Assembly (NCBI GenBank): GCA_037441065.1
Contig: JBBISY010000003.1
Span: 129,307-193,306 of the forward strand
DNA length: 64,000 nt
Direction of reading: 5' to 3'
Source: Acidobacteriota bacterium
GTDB lineage: Bacteria; Acidobacteriota; Thermoanaerobaculia; Thermoanaerobaculales; Thermoanaerobaculaceae
A model generated the notes under the pieces. The model worked only from the letters and a program-made list of their open reading frames with translations, ran no database searches and was not told where the DNA came from. A program made the position numbers and the translations under genes. Each line of letters opens with the position of its first letter. Position 1 is the first letter of the stretch. Shown here piece by piece: positions 38,064 to 47,438 of this stretch.

Positions 38064-40571
38064 ATGCGGTGGCGCACGGCGTGGGTGGCGGTGGCGCTGC
38101 TGGCCACATGGGCCCTGGCGGCGGGCGACCGGGCGCGGGTCGCGGCCCTGCCCGAGGAGTGGCGGCGCTGGCTCGAGGAGGAGGTGTACCCACTGATCAC
38201 CAGCGAGCAGCGCCGCGCGTTCTTGAGCCTGGAGACCGACGAGCAGCGGGCGGCTTTCGCCGAACGCCTGTGGAGCGTGTGGGGGCAAGAGCGGGGGATG
38301 GGCACGGCCTTTCGCCGCGAGTACCAGGAGCGCCTGGAATTCTGCCGCGCCGAGTTCGAGAACACCACGGAGGACCGGGCGCGGGCTGTGCTGCTCCACG
38401 GTCCGCCGGACGCCACCAAGGATGTGGACTGCGAGGAGGTGTTCTTCCCCCTCCAGTTCTGGCAGTGGGCGCGGATCGAGGGGTTGGGGCAGGGCGTCAC
38501 CGTTCTCTTCTTCAAGCCCTACGGCCTGGGCTCGTACCGGCTGTGGGATCCGCGCGTGGATGGCCGCACGGCGCTCTACAGCCAGACGGGGCAGATGGCG
38601 CTGCAGCGCCTCGCCCGGACGGGGTCGGTGGGCAAGTTCGACCGCCCCGAGTGGCGTTGCGGCGACGCGGACGAGATTTCGAGGCTGCTGGCAGCCGCGG
38701 AGTACTGGCTCGGGGACCTGCGGGTCCGCGCCGCCATGGAACACGCCCCACTCACCACCTCTTCGGGGAGCGAGTCGGTGGCCGCGCGCTTTTTGGAGTT
38801 CTCCACCGTCGTGCCCCAGGGCGCGCAGCAGCTGACCTTCTCCCCCAGCGTCACCGTGACGGGGCGGCGGGGCGGCCTGGTGCGGGTGGCTTTTTCCTTG
38901 CGCGTGGAGGCCCAGGGCCTCACGGTGGAGCAGGTGGGGGACGCGCAGGTGGTGCGTTTCGACGTGACGGGCGAGGTCTCGCGCGCGGGCGAGCTCGTGG
39001 ACCGGTTCCGTTACGCCTTCACCTTGCCGGCTGGGGCCGACGCCTTCCCCCTGCAGGTGGAGCGGGAGTTGCGGCCGGGGAGCTACCACGCCCGGTTGAA
39101 GGTGGCCGAGGCCGGCGGCAAGCGGGCGGGGGTGCAGGAGCTGGACTTCGAGGTGCAGGCGCCGGCAAGTGCGCCCACCCCATCGGACGGCGAGGCGAAG
39201 GAGGTGGTGGAGCGGATCGCAGGCGGGGGGGAACCGACGCTCTCCATCGTCGGGCCGAAGCTGGAGGGGGCGACGGGAGTGCAACGCTTCACCGCCCTCA
39301 CCTCGCCGGCGGTAGCAAAGGTGGAGTTCCTGCTGGACGGTCGGCCGATCCTGACCAAGAACCGCCCCCCGTTCGAGGTGGAGCTGGACCTGGGTCCGCT
39401 CCCCCGCATGGCCACGGTGACGGCCGTGGCCTTCGACGCGGCGGGCAACGAGCTGGACCGCAAGCACATCGACATCAACGTGGGGCGCGAACGGTTCGTC
39501 GTGCGGCTCCAGCCCATCGGCGCCGCCGATCGCCAGGGCGAGCGCGTGCACGTGCGAGCGGATCTGAACGTCCCCTCCGAACGAACCCTCGCCGCCCTGG
39601 AGGTGTACTGGAACGAACGGCTGGTGGCCACCCTTTACCAGCCGCCCTGGGAGGTGTGGGTCACGGTGCCGCCGGGCGGAGCCGCGGGGTATCTGCGGGC
39701 CCTGGCGCGGCTGGACGACGGCGCCCAGGCCGAGGACGTGCAGTTCGTCACCGCCCCCATGTTCCTCACTGGGGTCCAGGTGGACGCGGTGGAGTTGCCG
39801 GTGGTGGTGGTGGACCGGGCGGGCCGTCCGGTGGAGGACCTGCAGGAAACCGACTTCGAGATCCTCGAGGACGGTGTGCCCCAGAGTCTGTCGCACTTTG
39901 CGCGGCAGCAGGAACTGCCGGTGCGCCTCGGGCTGGTGATCGACACCTCGGGCTCCATGGAGAAGACGCTGCCCGAGGTGCAGCGGGTGGTGGCGGGATT
40001 CCTCAAGAACCTGCTACGCCCCCAGGACCGCGCCTTCATCGTGGCCTTCTCGGATCTGCCGGTGCTCCTGCAGGGGTTCACCGCGGACTTCGGGGCCATC
40101 GAGAGGGCCCTCATCGGCCTGCGCGCCGACCGCGAGACCGCCTTCTACGACGCAACCATCTACGGGTTGTTCCAGTTCTCGGGGGTGCGGGGCCGCAAAG
40201 CGATGGTGGTGCTCACCGACGGCAAGGACAACGCGTCGCGGGCCACCTTCGACCGGGCCATGGACTACGCCCGGCGCAGCGGGGTGATCCTCTACACCAT
40301 CGGCATCGACCTGCCCATCACGGAGCTCAAGACCCGCTCCCAACTCTCCAGGTTGGCGCAGAGCACCGGCGGCGACACCTTCTTCCTGGAGCGCAACGCC
40401 AACCTCGAGCGCGTCTACGAGCGGATCGACCGCGAATTGCGCTCCCAGTACCTGCTGGTCTACACCTCGAACGCCACCACGCCGCCCGACCGGTTCCGCA
40501 GCGTCACCGTGAAGGTGAAACGACCGGGGGTGGAGGTGCGCACCATCGCCGGGTATTACCCGGCCCGCTGA
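38064..40571 (+). CDS. large secreted protein: GWxTD-like N-terminal domain, Ig-like middle, C-terminal VWA domain (acidobacterial VWFA-related type)
   Basis: Signal peptide. N-terminal ..ERLEFCRAEFENTTEDRARAVLLHGPPD.. resembles a degenerate GWxTD motif. C-terminal MIDAS LVIDTSGSM, VVLTDGKDN and ..YLLVYTS...FRSVTVKV tail. Confidence 0.7.
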   Translation: MRWRTAWVAVALLATWALAAGDRARVAALPEEWRRWLEEEVYPLITSEQRRAFLSLETDEQRAAFAERLWSVWGQERGMGTAFRREYQERLEFCRAEFENTTEDRARAVLLHGPPDATKDVDCEEVFFPLQFWQWARIEGLGQGVTVLFFKPYGLGSYRLWDPRVDGRTALYSQTGQMALQRLARTGSVGKFDRPEWRCGDADEISRLLAAAEYWLGDLRVRAAMEHAPLTTSSGSESVAARFLEFSTVVPQGAQQLTFSPSVTVTGRRGGLVRVAFSLRVEAQGLTVEQVGDAQVVRFDVTGEVSRAGELVDRFRYAFTLPAGADAFPLQVERELRPGSYHARLKVAEAGGKRAGVQELDFEVQAPASAPTPSDGEAKEVVERIAGGGEPTLSIVGPKLEGATGVQRFTALTSPAVAKVEFLLDGRPILTKNRPPFEVELDLGPLPRMATVTAVAFDAAGNELDRKHIDINVGRERFVVRLQPIGAADRQGERVHVRADLNVPSERTLAALEVYWNERLVATLYQPPWEVWVTVPPGGAAGYLRALARLDDGAQAEDVQFVTAPMFLTGVQVDAVELPVVVVDRAGRPVEDLQETDFEILEDGVPQSLSHFARQQELPVRLGLVIDTSGSMEKTLPEVQRVVAGFLKNLLRPQDRAFIVAFSDLPVLLQGFTADFGAIERALIGLRADRETAFYDATIYGLFQFSGVRGRKAMVVLTDGKDNASRATFDRAMDYARRSGVILYTIGIDLPITELKTRSQLSRLAQSTGGDTFFLERNANLERVYERIDRELRSQYLLVYTSNATTPPDRFRSVTVKVKRPGVEVRTIAGYYPAR

Positions 40572-41695
40572 GCCACGATCTCCGCCAGCGCCGCGCACCA
40601 GTGGGGGTCGAACTGCGTGCCTGCGCGCTCGGGCAGCCACGTGTCGGCGGCCTCGATGGAGATCACCAGGCGCTCGCGCGAGGCGGTGTGCAGGGTGGAG
40701 TAGGTGTCAGCCACGGCCACCAGGCAACTGGCCGGGTGGGGGCGGCGAGCGGCGGGCAGACGGGGGTAACCTCCGCCGGCAAAGTACATGTGGTGCTCGA
40801 GGCAGGCCACCAGGGCCACCGGCGGCAGCTGATGGCCCCAGGTTAGCATGACGGCGAGCCCATCGCGGGGGTGATCCAGAAGCAGCTCCAGCTCCTTGCC
40901 CGCCACCTCGAGTTCCTCGTGGAGCAGCTCGGCGGGCCAGAAGAGCTTGCCCACGTCATGAAAGATAGCCGCCAGGCCGACCTCGGCAGCCGCCGAGGTG
41001 GAGAAGCCGGCGCGGATAGCCAGGGCCAAGGCCAGGCAGGAGGTGTTGTGGGCGTGGACGGCTGGCCAGCGCTCTTCCCCCTCCCAGGCAGCGACCAGCG
41101 ACAGGGGGTGCTTCCCCGCTTGGAGTTCGCCGAGGAGGTGGCGAACGAGCCCGTCCAGGTCGGAGAAGGCGGGGGAACGTCCTCCCTCGATGGCTCGGAA
41201 CGACTCGGCGATCACCGTGACCCGGTCGCGCACCAGACCGAGCCGTGTCCTGCCGGCGGCTCCACTGTCCGCGTCGGGCCCGCCGCCGCCCTCGGCGAAC
41301 TCCACCCGCCCCACCTGGATGGTGTCCTGCGACAGCGCGGGGGAGTCGTCGGCCTTGGCCAGGTCGAGGAGGAAGGCCTGGATGTGCGAGCGCTGCACGC
41401 CGCGCCGAAAGGTGACATGCTCGATCCGCCGCCGCCGCATCCGCCGCATGAACGTCTCGGCGGGGCGGGACAAGCGGGTGAACGGCCGGCCCTTGACGAA
41501 GAGGTCGTCGGAGAGCAGCACCACCGGGAGCTCCCCGTCCTCCGCCAGGAGCGTTTCTAGGCGGCGGAGCAGCCCGTCCAGGAGAGCCTGCGAGCGGGGG
41601 TGATCCGGCTGGTAGAGGGAGAGGGTGGTGACGCCTGCCACCAGACCGGAGAGCAGCTCGTGCACCTGCAGTTCCCAGTCCGTGCGCGGAATCAT
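40556..41695 (-). CDS. HD-GYP domain protein (putative c-di-GMP phosphodiesterase) with uncharacterised N-terminal domain
   Basis: ATG 41695 overlaps the upstream stop (ATGA). Motifs HAHNTS, FHDVGK, DHPRDG and EHHMYFAGGGYP. The longer track ORF (to 42115) is a P/G/A-rich extension inside the upstream gene. Confidence 0.8.
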   Translation of the reverse strand: MIPRTDWELQVHELLSGLVAGVTTLSLYQPDHPRSQALLDGLLRRLETLLAEDGELPVVLLSDDLFVKGRPFTRLSRPAETFMRRMRRRRIEHVTFRRGVQRSHIQAFLLDLAKADDSPALSQDTIQVGRVEFAEGGGGPDADSGAAGRTRLGLVRDRVTVIAESFRAIEGGRSPAFSDLDGLVRHLLGELQAGKHPLSLVAAWEGEERWPAVHAHNTSCLALALAIRAGFSTSAAAEVGLAAIFHDVGKLFWPAELLHEELEVAGKELELLLDHPRDGLAVMLTWGHQLPPVALVACLEHHMYFAGGGYPRLPAARRPHPASCLVAVADTYSTLHTASRERLVISIEAADTWLPERAGTQFDPHWCAALAEIVAQRAG

Positions 41696-43797
41696 GCCGG
41701 CTCCTCCACCGGCCCAGCCCCGCGCAGCGCCCGGCGCACCGCCGCGGCCACGGCCGGGTCGCGGTCGGCGGCCAGCCGGCTCACCAGGGCACGGGCCTCG
41801 TCGGAGTCGATGCGCACCAGGGCCAGCGCCGCCTCCCGGCGCAGCTCCCGCAGCGCCTCGCCCACGCGCCAACGGGGGAGCTCGAGCATGCGCACCAGTT
41901 CGCCCACCGCAGCCGGATCCGCAAGCCGGCCCAAGGCACGGATGAGTTCGAGGGTGTACGGCTCGCGCAACTGCTTGCCGCTCCTGTGGTGGAGCTGCTG
42001 GACGAGGGCCTGGACCACCGCTGGGTGGCGAATGCGCGCCGCCACCCCCAGCACGGCCAGGCGCCGCTCGTCGTCGCCCGCCCTCGCCAGTTCCCGCAGC
42101 AGCACCGCGAGCCACTCGGGGTCCTCCAGGGCCACCAGGGCCTTCAGGACCTCGCTTGCCACCTGCGGTCGCGCGGTGGGGAGAAGCGCCTTGAGGACGC
42201 CGGTACTGGCTCGGTCGCCCAGGTGGCGGAGGAGGAAGACGGCGTTACGGACCACGTACCAGCGGGGATCGTCGAGGCGGGAGCGCACGTAGGGGTGCGC
42301 TCGCTCCCCGTGGTGCAGGACCACCTCCAGGAGGCGCTTGCGGATCGAGAGGTTCTCCTCGTTGGCGAGGGCTTCCAGGATGGCCGGGATCGCCTCCTCC
42401 CCGAGCGTCACGAGGATGGCGGCAATGCGGCCGTGGTCACTGCGGTCGGTGGCGGCAAAGGCCCGGACCGCCGCCATCACCCCCGCCTCGCAGACCAGCT
42501 TCTTTGCCTCCTCGAAGCGCGTCGCCGAGAGAATGGTTGCAATCCGGGCCGCCACATCCAGGTCGGCAGCCTCGAGACTCTCGATGAGTTCCTCGGCGAG
42601 GCGGAGCGACCCGCGGCGCGCCACTTGGTCGTCCGGCCACAGCGTCATGACCTCGCCGAGCATGCGCGCCACGTGGCGGCGGAGCTGGTCTTCCGCCAGC
42701 GACTCGCCGTAGGCAGCGAGCGCGGCCCGGTAGGCGCTCGGCGGGGCGAGGCGGGGCTGCGGCGGGGAAACGTTCGGAGCCTCCGCCTCTACGGCCACGA
42801 GGGAGAGGCGCACCAGCAGCGCCCGGGCGCGGGCGAGGATGGCCGCGGAAACGCCTGGTACCACGTCGGGCTCCAGCTCGGCGAGACGAGCGAGAGTTCG
42901 CTGCACCGCCTCCGGAACGGGCAGGTGCTCGTCCAGGAGGTAGGCCACGGCCTCGAGGAGCGTCTCGAGGGCGAAGACCCGCTCCTCTTCCTCCTCGCGG
43001 ACCGCGAGGGCTGGCGGAAAGTGGGTGGCCGCAGCCGCCACCGCCAGGTGCCGCCGCTCCGGGGTGAGGAGAGCGAACCACTCCGCAAGGAACAGCGCGA
43101 GCTGGCGGAGTGCCAGGCGCCGCCGCGGCGGCTCCAGAGCGGCGACCAGCTCGGCCAGGCGGCGGAAGATCTGGTCGAAGAGGGTGGCGGGGTCGGCTGT
43201 CTGGGAGACCAGCTCGGTGAGGATTGCGGCGGTCAGTTCGCCTTCCAGGATCTTCTCCGCCAGCACGAAGGCGCCGTCCTGGCCGAGCCGGCGGGCGAGT
43301 TCCGCCCACACAGGGAGGGACAGCTTCTGGTCGGGGACCGCCTCTCCCCCCTCCACCAGCTGCACCCGGGACAGGTCCAGCGGCACCAGCTCGATGCCGG
43401 GAAACGCCGTAGCATCCTGCAGGAGGGCCTCGCGGTCATCCTCCCCGGGCGGGTCGTGCAGCTGCGCCAGGCGCGTGGCGAACTGCGGCAGGCCCTGCAG
43501 GGCGTCGGGAAAGGTGAGGTGAATGGCAGCGAGCCCGAGCCGGCAGAGCAGCTGGCGCAGTCGCACCACTGGGCTCTCCTTGGGGATGTGGAGCTCTTCC
43601 TGATCCAGGAAGATGGCATCGGGACCGAAGGCCAGGCTGGCGGCGGGCACCCCCATGGACTCGGCCGCGCGCTGCACCCGCAGGTGCGCGTTGGGGATCG
43701 CCGGGTGGCCGGCTGGGTAGAGGCGAACGAGCCGCCGCAGCGACTCCAGTTCGAGGAGGAGCCGCAACGTGGCCGTCTCGTGGGCGGTGGCCCCCAT
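41692..43797 (-). CDS. HEAT-repeat protein (701 aa)
   Basis: The C-terminal half is made of HEAT/PBS-lyase-like repeats (..VRNAVFLLRHLGDRAS.., ..LAVLGVAARIRHPAVVQALV.., ..ALVRIDSDEARALV..). The N-terminal 130 aa resembles the N-terminus of the downstream HD-GYP protein. Confidence 0.75.
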   Translation of the reverse strand: MGATAHETATLRLLLELESLRRLVRLYPAGHPAIPNAHLRVQRAAESMGVPAASLAFGPDAIFLDQEELHIPKESPVVRLRQLLCRLGLAAIHLTFPDALQGLPQFATRLAQLHDPPGEDDREALLQDATAFPGIELVPLDLSRVQLVEGGEAVPDQKLSLPVWAELARRLGQDGAFVLAEKILEGELTAAILTELVSQTADPATLFDQIFRRLAELVAALEPPRRRLALRQLALFLAEWFALLTPERRHLAVAAAATHFPPALAVREEEEERVFALETLLEAVAYLLDEHLPVPEAVQRTLARLAELEPDVVPGVSAAILARARALLVRLSLVAVEAEAPNVSPPQPRLAPPSAYRAALAAYGESLAEDQLRRHVARMLGEVMTLWPDDQVARRGSLRLAEELIESLEAADLDVAARIATILSATRFEEAKKLVCEAGVMAAVRAFAATDRSDHGRIAAILVTLGEEAIPAILEALANEENLSIRKRLLEVVLHHGERAHPYVRSRLDDPRWYVVRNAVFLLRHLGDRASTGVLKALLPTARPQVASEVLKALVALEDPEWLAVLLRELARAGDDERRLAVLGVAARIRHPAVVQALVQQLHHRSGKQLREPYTLELIRALGRLADPAAVGELVRMLELPRWRVGEALRELRREAALALVRIDSDEARALVSRLAADRDPAVAAAVRRALRGAGPVEEPA

Positions 43798-43803
43798 GGC
43801 GTT

Positions 43804-43809
43804 ACCCTA
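43804..43809 (-). promoter_or_regulatory. -10-like hexamer TAGGGT 6 nt upstream of ATG 43797 (HEAT-repeat gene)
   Basis: Reverse strand reads GCTAATATGGCATAGGGTAACGCCATG. A second candidate, TAATAT (43819-43814), overlaps the radA stop. Confidence 0.3.
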
Positions 43810-43816
43810 TGCCATA

Positions 43817-45157
43817 TTAGCCCGCCAGCAGCTCCATCAGCTGGCCCACGTGCGAGAGCGGCACGAGCGCCAGGTCGGCCGGCGGCGCCACGGCGCTGGA
43901 GGCGGGGAGGGCACAGCGGCGAAAACGCAACGTCTGCGCCTCGCGCAGGCGTTCCTGGGTGCGGCCCACGGTCCGTACCTCCCCCAACAGCCCCACCTCC
44001 CCGAACATGACCAGGTCGTCCGCCAGGGGCCGCTCGCTGGCGGAGGAGAGAATGGCGGCGGCGGCTGCCAGATCGAGAGCGGGCTCGTCCACGGACACGC
44101 CGCCGACCACGTTCAAGAACACATCCCGCTCGCTAAGCTGCAGGCGCGCCCGCTTCTCCAGCACCGCCAGCAGCAGGGCCAGGCGTCCCCCGTCCACCCC
44201 CTGCGCCACCCGCCGGGGCGTGGCCAGGGGCGAGCGGGCCACCAGCGCCTGCACCTCCACCAGGAGCGGCGTGGTGCCCTCCAGCACCGCTGCCACCGCC
44301 GAGCCCACCGCCCCCGGGCGCCGGTCGGCCAGCAAAGCGGCCGAGGGGTTGGGTACCTCGGCGAGACCGGCGTCCCCCATGGACAGCAGGGCCATCTCCA
44401 AAGCAGGCCCGAAGCGGTTCTTGGTGGCTCGCAGCGAGCGGAAGGTGTGCCCCGAGGAGCCGGTGAATTCCAGCACCACGTCCACCAGGTGCTCCAGCGA
44501 CTTGGGGCCGGCCACCAGCCCTTCCTTGGTCACGTGGCCCACCAGCACGACCGGCGGCCCGTCCCGCTTGGCGACAGTGGCGAATTGCGAGGCCACCTCG
44601 CGCACCTGCGTGACGGTGCCCGGGACGGCGGGGACCCGGTCCGAGACCATGGCCTGCACCGAGTCGGCGATCACGAGCGTGGGGGCGATCCGCTGGGTGG
44701 CGAGCAGCACCTCTTCCACCGACGGTTCGGCGAGCACCAGGAGGCGGTCGTGCGAGCACCCGAGGCGCCGGGCCCTCAGGGCAATCTGCCGCACCGATTC
44801 CTCCGCACTGGCGTAGAGCACCGTGCCCTCCCGGGCGATCTGATTGGCCACCTGGAGCAGCAGCGTGGACTTGCCAATGCCGGGTTCTCCGGCCAGCAGG
44901 CACAGCGAACCCGGCACGAGACCGCCCCCCAGTACCCGGTCCACGGCGGGGAACCCGGTGGCCACCCGCGGGGATTCGGCGAGGTCGGCAGCGGTGACCG
45001 GCACGGCCTGGGCGGCCGGCCGGTCCCCCACGGGCCGCGATACCACCGGCACCTCCTCGAAGGTGTTCCAGCCGCCGCAGGCCGGGCAGCGCCCGAGCCA
45101 CTTGGCGGAGCGCTGGCCGCAGGCGGTGCACTCGAGGGTCGTGGTGGCGCCTTTCAC
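43817..45157 (-). CDS. radA: DNA repair protein RadA/Sms
   Basis: GTG start. Zinc finger CTACGQRSAKWLGRCPACG, Walker A GEPGIGKST, KNRFG motif and a Lon-like C-terminal domain. Confidence 0.95.
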   Translation of the reverse strand: MKGATTTLECTACGQRSAKWLGRCPACGGWNTFEEVPVVSRPVGDRPAAQAVPVTAADLAESPRVATGFPAVDRVLGGGLVPGSLCLLAGEPGIGKSTLLLQVANQIAREGTVLYASAEESVRQIALRARRLGCSHDRLLVLAEPSVEEVLLATQRIAPTLVIADSVQAMVSDRVPAVPGTVTQVREVASQFATVAKRDGPPVVLVGHVTKEGLVAGPKSLEHLVDVVLEFTGSSGHTFRSLRATKNRFGPALEMALLSMGDAGLAEVPNPSAALLADRRPGAVGSAVAAVLEGTTPLLVEVQALVARSPLATPRRVAQGVDGGRLALLLAVLEKRARLQLSERDVFLNVVGGVSVDEPALDLAAAAAILSSASERPLADDLVMFGEVGLLGEVRTVGRTQERLREAQTLRFRRCALPASSAVAPPADLALVPLSHVGQLMELLAG

Positions 45158-45158
45158 C

Positions 45159-46643
45159 CTAGTTTCCGGCGAGGCTCCCGACGGTCCCCAGGAGGTACTT
45201 GACGTCGTCGTCGCCCCAGGTCACGCCGCCCCCCAGGATCGCGGTGGATCGGGCGCTCCAGTGCGGATCGTCCCACCCCAGGTAGCCGAACACGTTCTTG
45301 GTGAAGAAGTAACGTCCCTCCAGGCGGAGGTGGGGGGGCTTCACGTCGCGGTTGAAGTCGTAGGCTTCCAGGGTGAGGGCGAGGCGCTTGTCCAGGAGGA
45401 AGTGGTCGACGCCGACGCCGCCGGTGGACTCGAAGAGGCCAGCCCGCAGCCGGAAGCGGGGGAAGACGTAGCCGACCTGGGCGTTGACCGTGGAAGCGTC
45501 GCTGAGCCGTTCGGTTTCCACGACCGTGGTATCGCGCGTCCCGTCGGGGTGCACCACGGTGGTGGTCTCGGTCCGCACCGACCGCCGGCCAAAGGGGGAG
45601 TCCACCAGCTCCAGACGGAAGAAACGGCGCTCGCTGGTAGCCAGGTCGATGCCGAGAGCGCTGCGGGAGGTGTTGCGGCCGTCCAGCCCTGGCAGCGCCT
45701 CGGTGCGGAGGTTGACGTCGAGGCGCCAGCGCTCGGCCCGGCCGATGGTGTTGCGGAGGCTGGCGACACCGGCCTCCACCGCCTTGAGGGTCGAGTTCAA
45801 GTTGTCGACGGTCTCCTCGTCGTTGACCAGCTTGCCGATCGTGCCCTCCCCGCGGGCGATCTTGCCGGAGATCTCGTTCAGGTTGTCGGCCGAGGTGCGC
45901 AACCGCCCGGACAGGTCGCGGATATTGGCCAGCGAGTCGGAGAGGTTGCCGCGGTTTTCGGCGACCACCGTGTCGACGCGGTCGGCGAGGGCGTTGAGCT
46001 TCTCGGCCAGCCGCGGGAGTTCCTCCTTGAGGGTGGCGGAGAAGTCCCGGAAGTTCGCGATCGTCTCGTCCACGTTGGCGCGGTTGGCCGCCACCATGGC
46101 GCGGGTGTGCGCCGTGAGCTCGCGAATGTTCTCGAGGATCTCGTCGATCCGTCGCTGCCCCTCGTCCCCGGCCAGGGACTGCCGCAGCGAGGCGGTCACC
46201 GCCTTGATGTCCGTGCCCACCTCGCCCACCGTGTGGAGCACCTCGTCGAAGGCCACCGGGCTCACCCCCTCCAGGACCGTCCCGGGGGGGAGCGGGGGCG
46301 CGTCCAGGGGGCCGGGCTCGATCTCCACGTACTTGTCGCCGAGGATCCCCAGGCTCGTGACGGCAGCGCGCGCACCCTGGCGCAGCACCACCCCCTCCTC
46401 CAGCGCCAGCGTCGCCCGGGCGCGGTTGCCCGCCAGTTCCACCCGCTCCACCAACCCCACCCGCACGCCCGCGATGCGGACCGGGCTCTTCTCGTCCAGG
46501 CCAGCCACCGAAGGGAACATGGCCTGCACGCGGTAGCGTGCCGCTCTGGGGCCAATGGGGATCTCCTCGATCTTGACGATGAACACCCCCAGCACGGCCA
46601 GGGCAGCGAGCATGAAGGCACCGACGCGGGCCATGGGACTCAT
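45159..46643 (-). CDS. mlaD: MlaD/MCE-domain protein with long C-terminal extension
   Basis: ATG 46643 lies 7 nt after AGGAGG and overlaps the mlaF stop (ATGA). N-terminal TM helix and MCE domain ..VAGLDEKSPVRIAGVRVGLVERVEL... The C-terminal 150 aa looks beta-strand-rich. Confidence 0.8.
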   Translation of the reverse strand: MSPMARVGAFMLAALAVLGVFIVKIEEIPIGPRAARYRVQAMFPSVAGLDEKSPVRIAGVRVGLVERVELAGNRARATLALEEGVVLRQGARAAVTSLGILGDKYVEIEPGPLDAPPLPPGTVLEGVSPVAFDEVLHTVGEVGTDIKAVTASLRQSLAGDEGQRRIDEILENIRELTAHTRAMVAANRANVDETIANFRDFSATLKEELPRLAEKLNALADRVDTVVAENRGNLSDSLANIRDLSGRLRTSADNLNEISGKIARGEGTIGKLVNDEETVDNLNSTLKAVEAGVASLRNTIGRAERWRLDVNLRTEALPGLDGRNTSRSALGIDLATSERRFFRLELVDSPFGRRSVRTETTTVVHPDGTRDTTVVETERLSDASTVNAQVGYVFPRFRLRAGLFESTGGVGVDHFLLDKRLALTLEAYDFNRDVKPPHLRLEGRYFFTKNVFGYLGWDDPHWSARSTAILGGGVTWGDDDVKYLLGTVGSLAGN

Positions 46644-47428
46644 GCCAATTCCTCCTCGAGCGGTTCTCCTGCGATGAACTTCTGGACGTACGGATCGGGG
46701 ATGCGGCGGAACTCGTCGGGCGGCGCGGTGGCGATGAGCACGCCATCGCGCAGCATGGCCACGCGGTCGGCAATGCGGAAGGCCGACTTCATGTCGTGGG
46801 TGATGGTTACCATCGTGACCGGGAGGTGTTCGCGCATCTCCACGATGACGTTGTCGATCACGGCCGAGGTGATGGGATCGAGACCGGTGTTGGGTTCGTC
46901 GAAGAGGAGGATCTCCGGTTTCATGGCGATGGCACGGGCAAACCCCACGCGCCGCCGCATCCCCCCCGAGAGCTCGCTGGGGGCCTTCCGTTCGACCCCG
47001 CTCAGGTGGACCAGCTCGAGGCACTCCCGTACGCGGTCGGCGATTTCCCCCTCCGTCATCCGGGTGTGGCGGCGCAGGGGGAAGGCGATGTTCTCGAAAA
47101 CGTCGAGGGAATCGAAGAGGGCGCCCTCCTGGAACGACATGCCGAACTTCTTGCGCAACTCCAGGCACAGCGTCGGGTCGGCGCTGCCCAGGTCCTGCCC
47201 GTCCACGACGACACGGCCGCGATCCGGGCGGATGAGGCCAATGAGGTGCTTCAAGAACACGCTCTTCCCCGCGCCCGAGCCGCCCACGATGACGAGCGAC
47301 TCGCCGCTGGCCACCTCGACCGTGAGGCCCCGGAGCACCGGCTTGCCGGAAAAGGACTTCCACAGGTCGGTGACGGCGATCTTGGGGGTGCCGGCCGGGG
47401 AAGGTGCGGGGGTGGGCGTGGGATCCAT
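46640..47428 (-). CDS. mlaF: ABC transporter ATP-binding protein, MlaF-like
   Basis: Walker A GGSGAGKS, signature LSGGMRRRV and Walker B ILLFDEP. Confidence 0.9.
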   Translation of the reverse strand: MDPTPTPAPSPAGTPKIAVTDLWKSFSGKPVLRGLTVEVASGESLVIVGGSGAGKSVFLKHLIGLIRPDRGRVVVDGQDLGSADPTLCLELRKKFGMSFQEGALFDSLDVFENIAFPLRRHTRMTEGEIADRVRECLELVHLSGVERKAPSELSGGMRRRVGFARAIAMKPEILLFDEPNTGLDPITSAVIDNVIVEMREHLPVTMVTITHDMKSAFRIADRVAMLRDGVLIATAPPDEFRRIPDPYVQKFIAGEPLEEELA

Positions 47429-47438
47429 CGGCTGCCGT

